Shown piece by piece: positions 30,901 to 43,091 of a stretch of 64,000 bases of DNA (position 1 is its first letter; each line of letters begins with the position of its first letter). The notes beneath the pieces were generated by a model. The model was not told the origin of the DNA and did not search any database. It worked only from the letters and a program-made list of their open reading frames with translations. Source of the stretch: Tubulanus polymorphus (taxonomy: Eukaryota > Animalia > Nemertea); NCBI RefSeq assembly GCF_964204645.1, contig NC_134025.1, positions 26,888,299 through 26,952,298 on the forward strand. The letters run 5' to 3'. A program made the translations under genes and the position numbers.

Positions 30901-33861
30901 AAGCCGTAAACGAACACCATAAATTTGGTTCATTTCATTTTATCCCAATAATTGATTCCTTAAATTTCTTTGATGGGTCTTCTATACTCCACTATATCAG
31001 TTTTGTTACTTCGTATCTCGAAATTATTTGCAAATCCACACATTCAAAGCTGATTTACGTATGAAATGATTCGAATATGAAGAAATATATAATTCTAAGA
31101 AACTTTTCTTTCACAATAGGTGATGAAGTCCAGTATGTGGATCCTACTAGAAATCATCCTTATTGGGGCATTACTGCTGTACTCAACGGTAAGTTAGATA
31201 TAGTCCCCAAAATACAATCCGGATCTTTGAAATGAAAGGCTTTCATTGGAATCAGATTTATAGAATACGAACTTTTCGTTTAATCGCCTCTCGATTGCTC
31301 GGCTATTTCAAGAAACGAATTCTCCGTTTGGAAAAACGATACCGTGAATCTGTACTCAATGAAATTGGCTCGATCTTGCAGTCCGAGTGTCTTTCATTCA
31401 ATGAGAATTAACTATTTTTTCAACAAGAAAGTATTTGTTTACATAAGATTGCGTTTCCCTCAGCACTATTTATTCAACCCAGTAGCGAAGTGTGAGAAGA
31501 AGCGCTGTCGGTAAAAATTCGAGAAAATAACGACTAACATGGAATGAAACAAATGCTCTCTAACCTAATAGAACAACGATCTGCATTATAGATTGTTATC
31601 TGAAACGGCAGAAAGATATCTGTAATTCGTCGTTTGCCTAACGATTCTTCTTAACGTCTTCTTCAGGTGGTTATCCAGTATTTTGAGCCAAATACCCAGA
31701 CCTGCCTCCTAATACCCTGGTTCCGAGAATGTGGCTTTGCCGTGGTTTATGGTGCTCTTATTCTTAAAGTGTACAGGTAAAAATGCTTCGTATTTCAATC
31801 GATCTATGCATTAGACGCAACCTTATATTAACCCACCCCCGTTTTCCAGGAAGAGATTTTCACGATTCTCAGAGAGAGAATTAAGACGCTGTTGACGACA
31901 AGCAGTCTGTCTAAAGGGCATAAGCGTCGTATTGACTAAGTTCTGTATTTTCCCTCTATCATTGTTTCGTGTTGCATTCTTTGAAAATCTAAAAATACGG
32001 CTCTATTCTCGATGCAGCTTCTTATCGATAGAAAACAACATAACCGGATATTTTTAGAATTATTTTGCGAACTATTTCGACCTCATCTTAAAATGGAAAT
32101 TACGTCGATGACGTGGATTATAAGTATTTTTGTTTCCCGATACCCAATGTCGAATTTCTTTAGTAAATAGGAAAATGTGCTATTCAAGTAAAATGAATTA
32201 TCGTTAACATTATTGCAGAAATATTCGCACAAAAGGTTGTGTATTTTGTGTGTTCATACAATGACAATAATATAAAAAAAGTTTCTTCTGAATCTCTGTG
32301 GATTCGAGTAAAAGGTAAATATTTTTGCTTTTCAGAGTTTTAGCTGAATTTCAGTCTCGAAAAGCACATCGAGTCCATGTGCGAGACCGCGATCTCCTAA
32401 AATACCTTCTTGGCATAGTTTTGATAGTGATTGGATACATGTCAGCATGGACGGCGGTGAACATGGACCATGTGAGAGAAGGAGTGAACCTGCTTACTAC
32501 CGGTGAAACTTCAGATAAGATCAAATTTCGAATATGTAAATCCCATTGGTGGGATTATGTTATTGAATTTGGTATGTATCCGAATATCCTACCTGTTTTA
32601 GATGCTAAAGACAATTTTCATTAGCTATTTTCTAAAATTATCTCGATTTCCATTTATATCTAAATGTAAAATGTCAACAAAATCTAATCTATTTTATCAT
32701 CATTTTAGGGGAGTTTTTGTTCCTGGTTCTTGGTATATATCTTTGCTATTGTGTCCGGTCCGCCCCTTCAGAATACTTGGAGACTAAATTCATCTCTTGG
32801 GCTATATATAACGAAACCGTAATATCAGGACTCTTACACATTATAAGGTAGAATTTACGAAGATTTTGTACTCAAATCTCGCCTATAGATCGTTGACTTT
32901 TGATAATAATTTGGAATAATTTTCAGACATTTTGTATGGCTACACGTGAATCCAGATTTTACTTTCCTCATGTATTTCATCCGCTGTCAACTTACCGTGT
33001 CCACAACTTTAATTCTTGTTCTGGGACCCAAGGTAAAACAAAAACGAAAAATACATTCAATAATACGAAGACGAAAACCCTCAATCATGGAAAAACTGTA
33101 AGAGGATTTCGATGCTTCAACTCAAATGCATTGAGTGATTTACGAAAACAGAAACATCAAAATCCTTTTACAGTTTTTCTCTGATTGTGGGTTTTATTCT
33201 TCAACTGAATAAGACATTTCACTTGAAAACAAACTCCGTATCAATGTTTAAAATTTGCATAGATATGCATATTTTTTTAAGTGAATGGTTTTCTATTCTA
33301 GTTATGGTTCGCTCACCGACCACCAAGCGAGGACCAAATAAGAAATAGAGCATATTCGACATCAGATGTTCATGATACTATACTACCGGAATCTATGAAA
33401 CTTCACGTTGGCGTGTCTTCCAACGGGGACGTTGATGTGGGAGAAATAAACCTATCCGAAATGGATCCTGAAGATATACGAGTATGTCCATATAATCGTA
33501 AGCAACACGCTGATTGATTAAAGGGTATTCATTCATCGTGATGTTTTATTTTGTTTTGCAGGCCGAATTGAAGAGGTTATACACCCAGCTTCAAATTTAT
33601 AAAACTAAAACTATGCGAAAGGACAATCCGCATATATCGAAGCGGAGAGGAGGACGGAAACAAACGCACCGTCGTTTCTCATTACAACCATTCCACAAAC
33701 ATCGTCATCATCATCACGAGGAACATGAGCACGAACTGTCAAAAACTCCCGAGGAGTCGACGAACAGTGCCGAAGGAGTAGCGATAACGTTAGATAGTGC
33801 AAATAAGGCAGACGAAGTACATAATTTACCCAGTGTGACTTTCAAATCAGGTCATAAATAA
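15986..33861 (+). CDS. GPR158: GPR158/GPR179-like class C orphan GPCR (Cache + EGF-like + 7TM), 10 coding exons, ~830 aa
   Basis: Hand-spliced exons, all GT-AG and frame-consistent (2493 nt): 15986-16881, 29060-29168, 29275-29622, 31120-31188, 31667-31776, 32336-32571, 32709-32847, 32927-33032, 33302-33481, 33562-33861. Motifs: signal peptide; Cache-type FCPYAYR and GYWSLPYFDC..WLITYSVPFF; GVVGVDIDLKKLDINQC..FANTHRC; EGF-like CVPIPGQGFHRGSYRCECKKGFYFP; TM3 WFRECGFAVVYGALILKVYR; AIYNE; TM7 LVLGPK; C-terminal MDPEDIRAELKRLYTQL..NPH, characteristic of the family. The symbol denotes family membership, not 1:1 orthology. Confidence 0.93.
17808..17828. repeat. (GT)n microsatellite
   Basis: Direct reading; lies in intron 1 of the GPR158-like gene. 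Confidence 0.95.
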
Positions 33862-36800
33862 ACTAGTTATAGGTTATTACATTATACGCATTATATATAT
33901 AAAAATAGTTATAAACCGTCGAATATGTTGAATCTTTTTTGTTACGTGGAAAAAAAACAAACTTTCGGTGTGTGACAGGTGATGATAATCTGTCATTTGT
34001 GCTCATAGGATACCGCAAGCTGATTATCTGTCTGGATTTATATTCACAGAAATTGGTGCTAGGGAGTTCTTCTGTCGAAACTTGCGTTTGGTCGTGTTTT
34101 ACAGAATCGATGCTGTAAACTGTTAATGCAGCATTTGTCGACTCGCTCGTGACCAGACGCATTCATTATTATTCTTCGTTGTGTATTTTATATAAAATTG
34201 ATACGTCTTTGTCAGTGAATGATGATCGTTTTGGCTTGTGCATTATGAATTTAAAGATTCATGAAGTTGTATGTCGCGGAATTCGTAGCAATTTAATGTT
34301 TATCATATATGCCACGAAGAAGCCATGTGTTGCTACTATTTTTACAACATATCATCGGTGATATTCTGATGCGCTGTGGTGTCAGTCTAACTTCGGAGTA
34401 GTCTGTTGGTCAGCGTGTATGATTGCAAACGGCTCAAGAGGTGTTTTAGCGACGGCGGCTATAATTGGTGACTACTACGGTCCTTTGGTGGTGTTTATGA
34501 AGGCTTTGGTACATTCTCCTCTATTTTGGACGAGATTATATATTTACCAATTCGTGATTAGGATAGGTGTTCATACTGATATACGTGGTGGTGCATGAAC
34601 GTACATATACGTCATCAGAATTTGCGGACTACGTGTACAAGCATTCATTCGGCCACGTGGCGCGGTTGATTGGTGGATTTGAAAATCAGATTCAGGTTAT
34701 AATAATACGTATACATACACTTTTCACAGTTATTGTCATCATGCATCTTTGGTGGACTTATCATGTGAATTTAGCTGCTTTGACATTAAGTGCTTTGTAC
34801 ATTATGCTTTGTACATAAAGATATTTCTCAAATTCGTATCTTAGAAAATAATACGTCGAATCCCTTAACGCATTGGGATTATACATATACATAGATAAAC
34901 TTACATACAGAAAGGCAAAATATCTATATATCATTTAAACTAATTGTACATATTATCTCCTTCATTCATGTTATGCATATTTTCTCATTCATCAAGTCAT
35001 TTTAGGTATTTTGCCGGACATATTATTTGTTGGTTATTAGATGTCAAACATCTTTCTATGTTGTAGTTTAAGAAACGTTGATAATGTGACGATCAAATAA
35101 TACATGAAACCTAAGGAAATGATGACGATATTTTAGATACTCATGTTGACGACTTGAAAATCGGGAGTAATGCCTTTTCCTCTGTCATGTAGTCGAGAAT
35201 TATCATTTTGTCAATTACAGCCGTGAAGTATCATGCTGAGCTATATCCTGAAAAAGCATCGGACATTGGACTTCCATGAATTCAATAACTCTACTACCAA
35301 TCAATATCTTTTTCAAATTAATTTCAAAATCGAAACCAAACTTGCTGATAATCTTCACAATTCTAGACAACTTATCGTCCGTGTGTCTACCTCTTTATTA
35401 GGCAAGCACGATGAATATTTTCGGTGGGTCAATCTATAGTTTGAGATACACTATAAAAGAAAGCATGCTTTTTATTGTACATACTGCTATTTCTCATCAC
35501 GTTAAATATCTTCCGTTTATTATGACTGCTAACATATGTTGGTGGTTGATTGTGATATGAATATATTCCAATCTAGGTTTTTATTTCCTTAGTAAATGTG
35601 TCATTCCAGTGAGTTGCCAATAATGATTCATTTATTAAACTTACTGTTTTCTGAATACGTGTAGTTGATTCTTTTTTGAAAAAGTGCATCCTTTTAAAGA
35701 TGAAATTACGCGTACCAGCATACCCGTGCATGTTATATATATAGATATACATATAGATGTATGGTTCGGGCTAGTAGATCACATTTTCTTGGAATTTGAT
35801 TAAAAGTTGATATAAATTCTTCCATTTTAGTGTCACGTTGGTATGTATCAGTTGTTGATAAATTTCGTCACTGCGGCTTATGTAGGTGATTTTTATTTAC
35901 GTGTTAAGTGATTTTTTTTAATCTCGGGTAGGGGTCTTTCGTCGATTCGATTCGATTCGACAAGAGACCATCACTATATCTTTCTCACTCTTTACGGTGA
36001 TAACTACATCAATCTTTCTGCGCACAAAATAAGCTTCTGTGGGATTTATTGTTCTTTTATAACGTAACTATAACGAAAGATTTTGTCGGTTTTTTAGATT
36101 TCTTCCGATTTGTGTTCTCTAGCTAGCTAGCTGAAAGTAGATCCGTGACGATCATCTCGGGTTGACCAGTTGCACAATTCTTGAATCAGCGGGAAATATT
36201 CGCATTGAAATCTCAAATTCTTCTAATTCCCGGTGTGCAGATGTAAAGCTAATGGGTTTGTTTGGTGGTGGACGTACTGGTGCTGTAAACTGAATCGAGA
36301 TGTTATATACAGAATCCGTGCCATGGCCACCTATTTATCAGACCCTGTTCATAATAAGTATTTTGGGGGAACATATGAGCTGCTTGATTGTGATAATGTG
36401 CCATTACACTATTTCAACAAATCACATGGCAGGTATAATGATATAATACAAAATTATTTTGTTACTTTTTTATTTACATTTTAATTTAATCAACCGGTTT
36501 GATACTGGTAATCTGTCTTGTTTTTATCGTTTATCGTAGCGTAAAATATATTGCTATTGGTTACATATCTTCCAATCTTGGGGAGACCGATGCTATTTCA
36601 AAAGTTTGCTATTTCAAACAATTTTTCATACTTTCAATACATTATTAATACGATATGATATGGAGTATTCCTATTTTCATTTATGAATTCAAATATAGTA
36701 TATATTTACAATTTAAAAATTCTACATTGTTTTCCTTTTAGGAATATCGGTAAGATTATATTTAAAAAATCGTATTTCTTTTTTGAAAAAGTATAAAAAA

Positions 36801-37355
36801 TAATATAAACGTTTTCACAACCATCAAAGTACTATTTATCCATGAAATGAGGAAATCGAGGTCACTAATCGAAAACTTGTTCAATCATCGCTATCAATAA
36901 CGGCGAAATCAAATATATTATTGCATGGTCCTAAATTTCAGAGGAACGCTGCTTTAGCGTCAGAATCAGATTTCCATCGTCATAGAATAAATATGACCAA
37001 TTTAAATGTATATTTTTTACGAATACGGGTATATGTGTATATAGATACTAATGCATCATTAAGGTTACATTTGTGCGAATATAAGATGGTTTAACAATAT
37101 ATTGATAGTAAAACAGATGGATTTTGGAAGCATCGTGTGCTAATTTAATGTAGAAATCAAGTTGTACATATACAGTGCTTCGATACCATTTTGTCATGTA
37201 AACTTCAATCTCTGCTTATAATAAAGACCTTCCTAGAAGTGTTACGATACTTCATTTAAAAAGCTGATTACTTTTATGAGTTTTCTTTCTGTGGTTTTCC
37301 TGAAGAACTTCTCCTTGTGTATGGTGTATATTAGGAACTCGCGAATTTAAAAGTT

Positions 37356-38761
37356 TTAGGCTAGTTGAAATCGAACCAAAAGACACCAAAGAACGATCGC
37401 GCATACTGAGATCATCATACAATGACTATTGTCCAACAGACTGACGCCCGAACTTGGAGTTGGTCTTGGAGGAGCACTGAAATTATTGGGCGCCATGACA
37501 ATTGTTGTTTTCACGCATCCAGCTGCTGTGGTATTTGTTACTGGATCCAACTTACATCCACTATAGTCATCAACAACCCACCAATTGCGAGGTGTAGGGA
37601 TCGATTGTACAAAGTCCAGCCCTATATAATATAGATAACAAATATTAGAAGTGATAGGCTGATGGAACCCCGCATGGAAAAGTATTTTCTCGATAAAATT
37701 GTTAGGGGAAGATTCGAAAAACAGTACGAAGATTCCTACCTAATTTCCAATACACAAGTCCAGCTATAAGTCCAGCAAGTAATAGGCCCAATATCAAAGA
37801 TGTGATACAACAGCAACAGCATCGACGTCTTCCGTCATATTCCAAATAACGACTATTTCGTGTACTGTACAGTTGTCCTCGTACTGGCCGATTTTTTACT
37901 AGAACATTTCTCTGAGAATGAGTAGAAGACGAACACCTATGTATGTGGCGTGTATTTGAGACAAATAAAACGAAAATAATGCTTACCCTTGAAACTCACC
38001 TTTGATGATGAAACAGTACGTACTGTGTTGGTTCTGGTGACGGATTGAGAGTTATCCGCCCTAATCGTAGTTGGAGTCATAGGCCTTGCACTGCGTGGCC
38101 GTTCCACGATCAACACTTCTGGTTTCTGTGGTTTGGGCTTTGACTTCATTTTCCTAGTCGGTGCAGATCTAGGGCGCTCCCTCGGAACTTCAACGACGAG
38201 AACATCGGGAGATTTTTGTGGTATCGGTGATGCTGGTGGCGGCGATGGTTTGCGTACTTCTTTTTCCACGATGATAACCTGTGGTTGAGGTTGTACCGGT
38301 GTTGGAGGCGGTGGTGGTGTTGGCGTCTTCTGAACAACTACTGTCGGTGGAGGTGGATTTGGTGGTGGTTCTGATTTTGAAGGAGACGGCTGTCCAATCT
38401 GTATATAAATCGGTGAAGCCGCCTGAGCATTAGGCGATGAAGCTCGTCTATCTGTTCCTTCGTAGTCTGGTTCAATGAATTGGCTTTCCGTTCGTAAATT
38501 AGAAATACTGCTACTCCGACTCGGCATTGCGGGTCTTTCCGGTTGCTTTGATGGCTTTTTTCTTCTACGATCCATTTCGTTCGCAGCTTCTAGAGTATGA
38601 AAGTAGGTTTTCCAGTCTTTCGTCCCAGCCTTTGACGGTGGAAGAGGTTTGCCTAATTTCCTGGCATGTTCAGCCTCATAGCCTCTGATTTTCCGCTTAT
38701 CACACTGATGACACCGTCCAGTGACGGGATCGCGGTCATGAAAATGATTACTACCTTCCAT
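37356..38761 (-). CDS. Uncharacterised proline-rich membrane protein (gene A), 3 coding exons, ~399 aa; internal TM plus C-terminal hydrophobic tail
   Basis: Exons 38761-38000 (donor AAG|GTGAGT, phase 0), 37911-37740 (phase 0 to 1) and 37621-37356 join into an open 1200-nt frame ending in TAA. Long Pro/Ser/Thr-rich N-terminus, then RRRCCCCITSLILGLLLAGLIAGLVYWKLG, a short two-Cys segment and the tail SSGVSLLDNSHCMMISVCAIVLWCLLVRFQLA. Confidence 0.8.
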
Positions 38762-39728
38762 TTCTTGGATGAATGCGAATATTATCGAGGTAAATATTTG
38801 TACTCTGTAGTTTATTTACACTTACCACGTACATGTACGTCGTTGACTAGAGTTCCTAACCGATAAATCCAATAAACAATCACCTCACCGACAAAATTCC
38901 TTCACAACAACATTGGTACCGTTACTAACTGCGTTATGGATATTTCTTGACATGACTGGTTCCACGATTATGTGAGGGCCTTTTCGAGCCATGAGATAGA
39001 ACGTTATTCTGACTATTTGTTTGTGAACTGATCACAACTGTCAGATTCGAGTCCATAAACAGCGTTTACGTGTTAATATTTGTTTAAAGCTAGGGATTTC
39101 TTGTTATGCTTAAAGGTTGCATCGATTGGTGGATTACGAGGTTTTCTTATACCTTTTACCTTTTTTACTGCAAATAAAACATCAGCGCATTGCTTTCCGA
39201 CAGTTTTTGCGTGGCACCGAAAAAAGCACAGGCAAACTGTCAATTATCAAAATAATCGAGTTACGCTCAAATGAATAATATTCAATGAGTAGGGAAGAAA
39301 CATGATTCCAAAAATTAAGGATTGACGGCTCGACAATATAATACAGGCGACCGCTTTTGAAGTTTAACAAATATTTGCAAATATCATTTACCATGTATGT
39401 GTGTCAAACTGCTATAGGAACCGAACGTAAACATAACGGTAGTACGAATAAATTTTGTTAATAAGCAAATCAACAGCCAAGCGCTACTGAACATAAAACA
39501 CCCACACTCTCGAACTTCTTGTAGGCAGATTGGGGTGTAAGTAAATTTGACCAGCTCATTGTCATTTTGTTGCACTGTCGGGTTAAACAAGTGTATTAAA
39601 ACTGGACGAAGAAACAAACAGTTGACTCCAACAAGTTTACAAACGTGACGGAATTTGATTGAATTGAGTTTAACATAAGAGAAAATCGACGAGATCTTTT
39701 GGAAAACATTTCATTCCTTACAGTGAAA

Positions 39729-40710
39729 ATGCCAATATCAAGTGGAGCCGGAGCCTGGCCAGCTAGCTACTGGCGGGAACCAACGAAGGTTGAACCGATG
39801 AATGGAGCTTTTGACCACAGCTCCTCTTACAGTCAGAGACCTCCAATGCAGATATTACAGCAGCAAAAACAACCAGTTACAACATATCGGGTAGTAGAGC
39901 CACGTTCTAGAGGCTGCTGCGGTCGAATGCTAAACAATAACGTTTGGCACGCAGGGCACAAGGTAGGTCGCTTACATTCTATAATTCAGATTGCAAATGA
40001 TTGATGTTTTTACTTCATAAAGACTAATTTACAATTTTAGGGTTTGACTTCTGGGGTAATGACATCAGGGCAATTGTCCATGCATGGCTGTTGTACATTT
40101 CTATTGGGATTGTTCATGCTAGCTTTACTGGCCGGAATTGCTGCAGCACTGTATTACGGAATAACAGGTATGGTACATTTTACTTCGATAGTTTAACTCC
40201 GATAAATGGTAAATAAATGAAATAAGAACTGTTTTACGATATATTTAAGCCGCCATTGCTGCTGAGAACGCACGACGTTTAGCGATGCTGAGTCCTGGAG
40301 GAATGCCAAATGATCGATTCTTTAGAGTCCATGGACTCGGTGTACCTTGCGTGTCGCGTCCCCCGGGTGGGGGTAATGTGCCCCCGGTTTCAGCCAGGCT
40401 TAAAATAGCAACTACGTTATCTGCAACAACTAAAGGGATCACAACTACTCTGAAAACAACGACTCCTCTTCGTACTACAACTACCACTCCTATCACGACC
40501 ACTCCACCTACCACGAAACCAGCAATTCCCGTTAAGACAACGTTACCAACAACTATTTATACGGGGAAATATTGTGACGAATTATCAACAGCGATTAATG
40601 AAATCATCACAACCCCTGCATCAAAATCATCGCGTTCAATAAATGCTTCACTTGGACTTATTTCGCTGATGTCCATTGTCGTATCAGTTCTTCGTTACGG
40701 ACTGCAGTGA
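39729..40710 (+). CDS. Uncharacterised membrane protein with mucin-like Thr-rich stalk (gene B), 3 coding exons, ~273 aa; internal TM plus C-terminal hydrophobic tail
   Basis: Exons 39729-39962 (AAG|GTAGGT, phase 0), 40041-40167 (phase 0 to 1) and 40250-40710 give an open 822-nt frame. Exon 2 encodes HGCCTFLLGLFMLALLAGIAAALYYGIT. Exon 3 encodes two Cys flanking a TT-rich tract and the tail SKSSRSINASLGLISLMSIVVSVLRYGLQ. Confidence 0.8.
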
Positions 40711-41213
40711 GATGGAGTAGTTGACCTGGATGGTGGACTTAACTGGTAGAACATCTAATGAATCGAGACCATAACATAGTTATTACCATTTCAGGATAAT
40801 ATGACAAGTCGTTTTCAAATATTTGTATTGAACCATGTTTTAGAAAATAAAATTGCATATTTTCATACTGATGTATTGGTATTTTACTATTAGATTATCT
40901 GTTCAATGATTTTGTCCAACGATATTCCTGTATTGATAATGTTGTGATTACGGTAAACCAAATTATGGATTGGCAAGCAATCAATGGTAATGTATAACTA
41001 ATTTTTCTATTGATTGGAAATATTTTCTACTGATTTTATTGATAAAGCCTGCCAACAATTTGAAAGTAGTTAGGTGTACGAATCGAAGGGAATGAAAATC
41101 GACCAATTGTATTGATGACTTTCAAAAACTCGTTTCATGATGATTCAATAGATGAATGGATTTTCAATGTTAAAATTCATCTAGAGAATTGATTAAGTAA
41201 ACAGATATAGAAT

Positions 41214-42137
41214 TTACTGAATCTTCAAAAGCATGCGTGACTTATTGACGACAAATGAACGCACTTCCTTCCCCAATAGCAAATAAATGTAAAAATTCAA
41301 AGCGTAATTACAACTTTCAAGAAATGACAGGTACGTCGAGAATATCATTGCGTGTTGTTTCACCGGAATGTAAACGTTGATTGTTGCCGGTAACGTAGTT
41401 GCCATGAAAAACCCCGAAACGGTTACCAGCATGATCGTAGTGTGTCTGGCATTGGTCGCCTTGACATCGCTGTAACCAAAATCTACATATTTATAGAGAT
41501 TATATATTACCAGCAAATTTGAAATAATGATAATCATTTGTGGTATGACAAAGAGGTAAGCAACGATAAACTGATAAGCTATCCGTTGGTCAGCCGGGTC
41601 GTAATAGCACCCGTTTTCGTCAGAATATCTCATTATAACTATCCCATAACTGGCAGCAAGCGTGTTCGGCATTAGTGTCGAAACTATCACTACTCGAGCT
41701 ACATTAGCCGTACATATTTGACGAGCTTTCAAAGGGAATAAAACTAAAACCAATCGTTCGACGGCTATTATTACAATCAGCCACGAACTTGTACATGAAC
41801 ACGTGTAAACTACGAATTCGTATAAGCTGCATAGGAACTTCGTTCTGATGCTTATTTGGAAAAAGTATCCGACGACTGGGAGAAAAGATAAGTGAAGACT
41901 AGTTCCGAGATCTGAAACAGCCAATGCTGCCAGATAATTTGCGTACGAAAAACATTTGAAATTTGCATGTGTCATGACAATAAAACTGGCCACATTTCCG
42001 ACGAAGCCGATGCCGAATACTACTGATAAGATTATCAACAAAATGAAACGCAAAGTCCCTGGTATGCTGTTCATTCCATTTAGAACTACGAATGAATAAT
42101 ATGGTCGACCTATGTTGTAAGTTAGTGACGCGTTCAT
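41214..42137 (-). CDS. Class A (rhodopsin-like) GPCR with intronless CDS, FMRFamide/peptide-receptor-like, ~307 aa
   Basis: Seven hydrophobic segments with class A motifs: TM1 GFVGN, TM2 LAALAVSD, Cys at the top of TM3, AVERL (DRY equivalent), ECL2 Cys and TM7 NYALNFYIY. The first ATG at 42137 gives an N-terminal NAS sequon. A splice-acceptor-like TTTTAG lies just upstream (exon start 42146). Confidence 0.88.
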   Translation of the reverse strand: MNASLTYNIGRPYYSFVVLNGMNSIPGTLRFILLIILSVVFGIGFVGNVASFIVMTHANFKCFSYANYLAALAVSDLGTSLHLSFLPVVGYFFQISIRTKFLCSLYEFVVYTCSCTSSWLIVIIAVERLVLVLFPLKARQICTANVARVVIVSTLMPNTLAASYGIVIMRYSDENGCYYDPADQRIAYQFIVAYLFVIPQMIIIISNLLVIYNLYKYVDFGYSDVKATNARHTTIMLVTVSGFFMATTLPATINVYIPVKQHAMIFSTYLSFLESCNYALNFYIYLLLGKEVRSFVVNKSRMLLKIQ

Positions 42138-43091
42138 ATTCCTCAACTAAAACGTAAAAATGTTAACGACGCAGCCCACTTAAAAACAACACAATGATAT
42201 TTCAGCAAAAAGTGAGCCAATCAATGCTCCGCAATGATGTATATATCAGTACGCATGATATCCGCGGACTGAGATCGATTCACTAAGCTTGGACATTTCT
42301 TGGATTTTTTTTTATATTCCACATCGGCACACATCGATATCATATACAAGATTTCGTTTAAATCAACCGGCTTAAAAGATACGGATAGTGATACGTATCA
42401 CTGAATAAGAGGGGAGTAAGATATACGAAGGGTTTGAAACGGTGAAACAACTCCGAATGTGTTAACTGTTCGATATGTGCTGCCGCGAAATATATTCTGG
42501 CATGTGAGTATGATTCGTTATACTACTTTATTACTGTCGCCATCTACAAAAGGAACGGGAATCCCTCGGAAATGCCCGTAGTAATAGTGTTGTTATGGAA
42601 ACGTATATCACCCAACGTAATAATGGGTTTGTAGAATAAAAATGAGATTTTATTATTCTCTATGCATAACGATCATATGTTATCTCATGACAAGAGTTCA
42701 TGTTTGTGACAAAAAGCCAACGTGTCTAGACAGTGCTGTGGTAATAGTCAAGTCAAGTGCCAAATTGGGTTCGAACCCCATTGTATTTAATGCAAAGCAG
42801 GCTCAAATGAAGAATACTAAATGATATGCGTAATCGGTAGTTTTTGTACAATCTATTATCAAGGAATTCTGGATTCCGCGAGATCCTTCCCTGCCTCTGT
42901 CGAATGCAGGTGAAGGAATGTACGACTAACGAATGTGACGGTTTAGCGTTAGGCATCCAGTATTCTGCCGTACCGGGGCCCGACATACGTGTCAGGTACT
43001 ACATTGTCACAGATGTCAAACAGGTAGACAACATTCGAACACGACGCTGAACCTGTATTTCCATACCAATAGTTATATATACTACGTTATA

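Noticed and set aside
37937-37999. ORF-track C-terminus of the 274-aa ORF and alternative donor G|GTAAGC at 37987
   Set aside because: That donor puts the next exon out of frame (early TAG). The phase-0 donor at 38000 gives an open frame through the TM exon.
40245-40514. Val-rich minus-strand ORF
   Set aside because: Antisense shadow of the Thr-rich (ACN) codons of gene B.
42730-42782. GGTTCGAACCC B-box-like motif suggesting a tRNA or SINE head
   Set aside because: No cloverleaf or convincing A-box spacing could be built.
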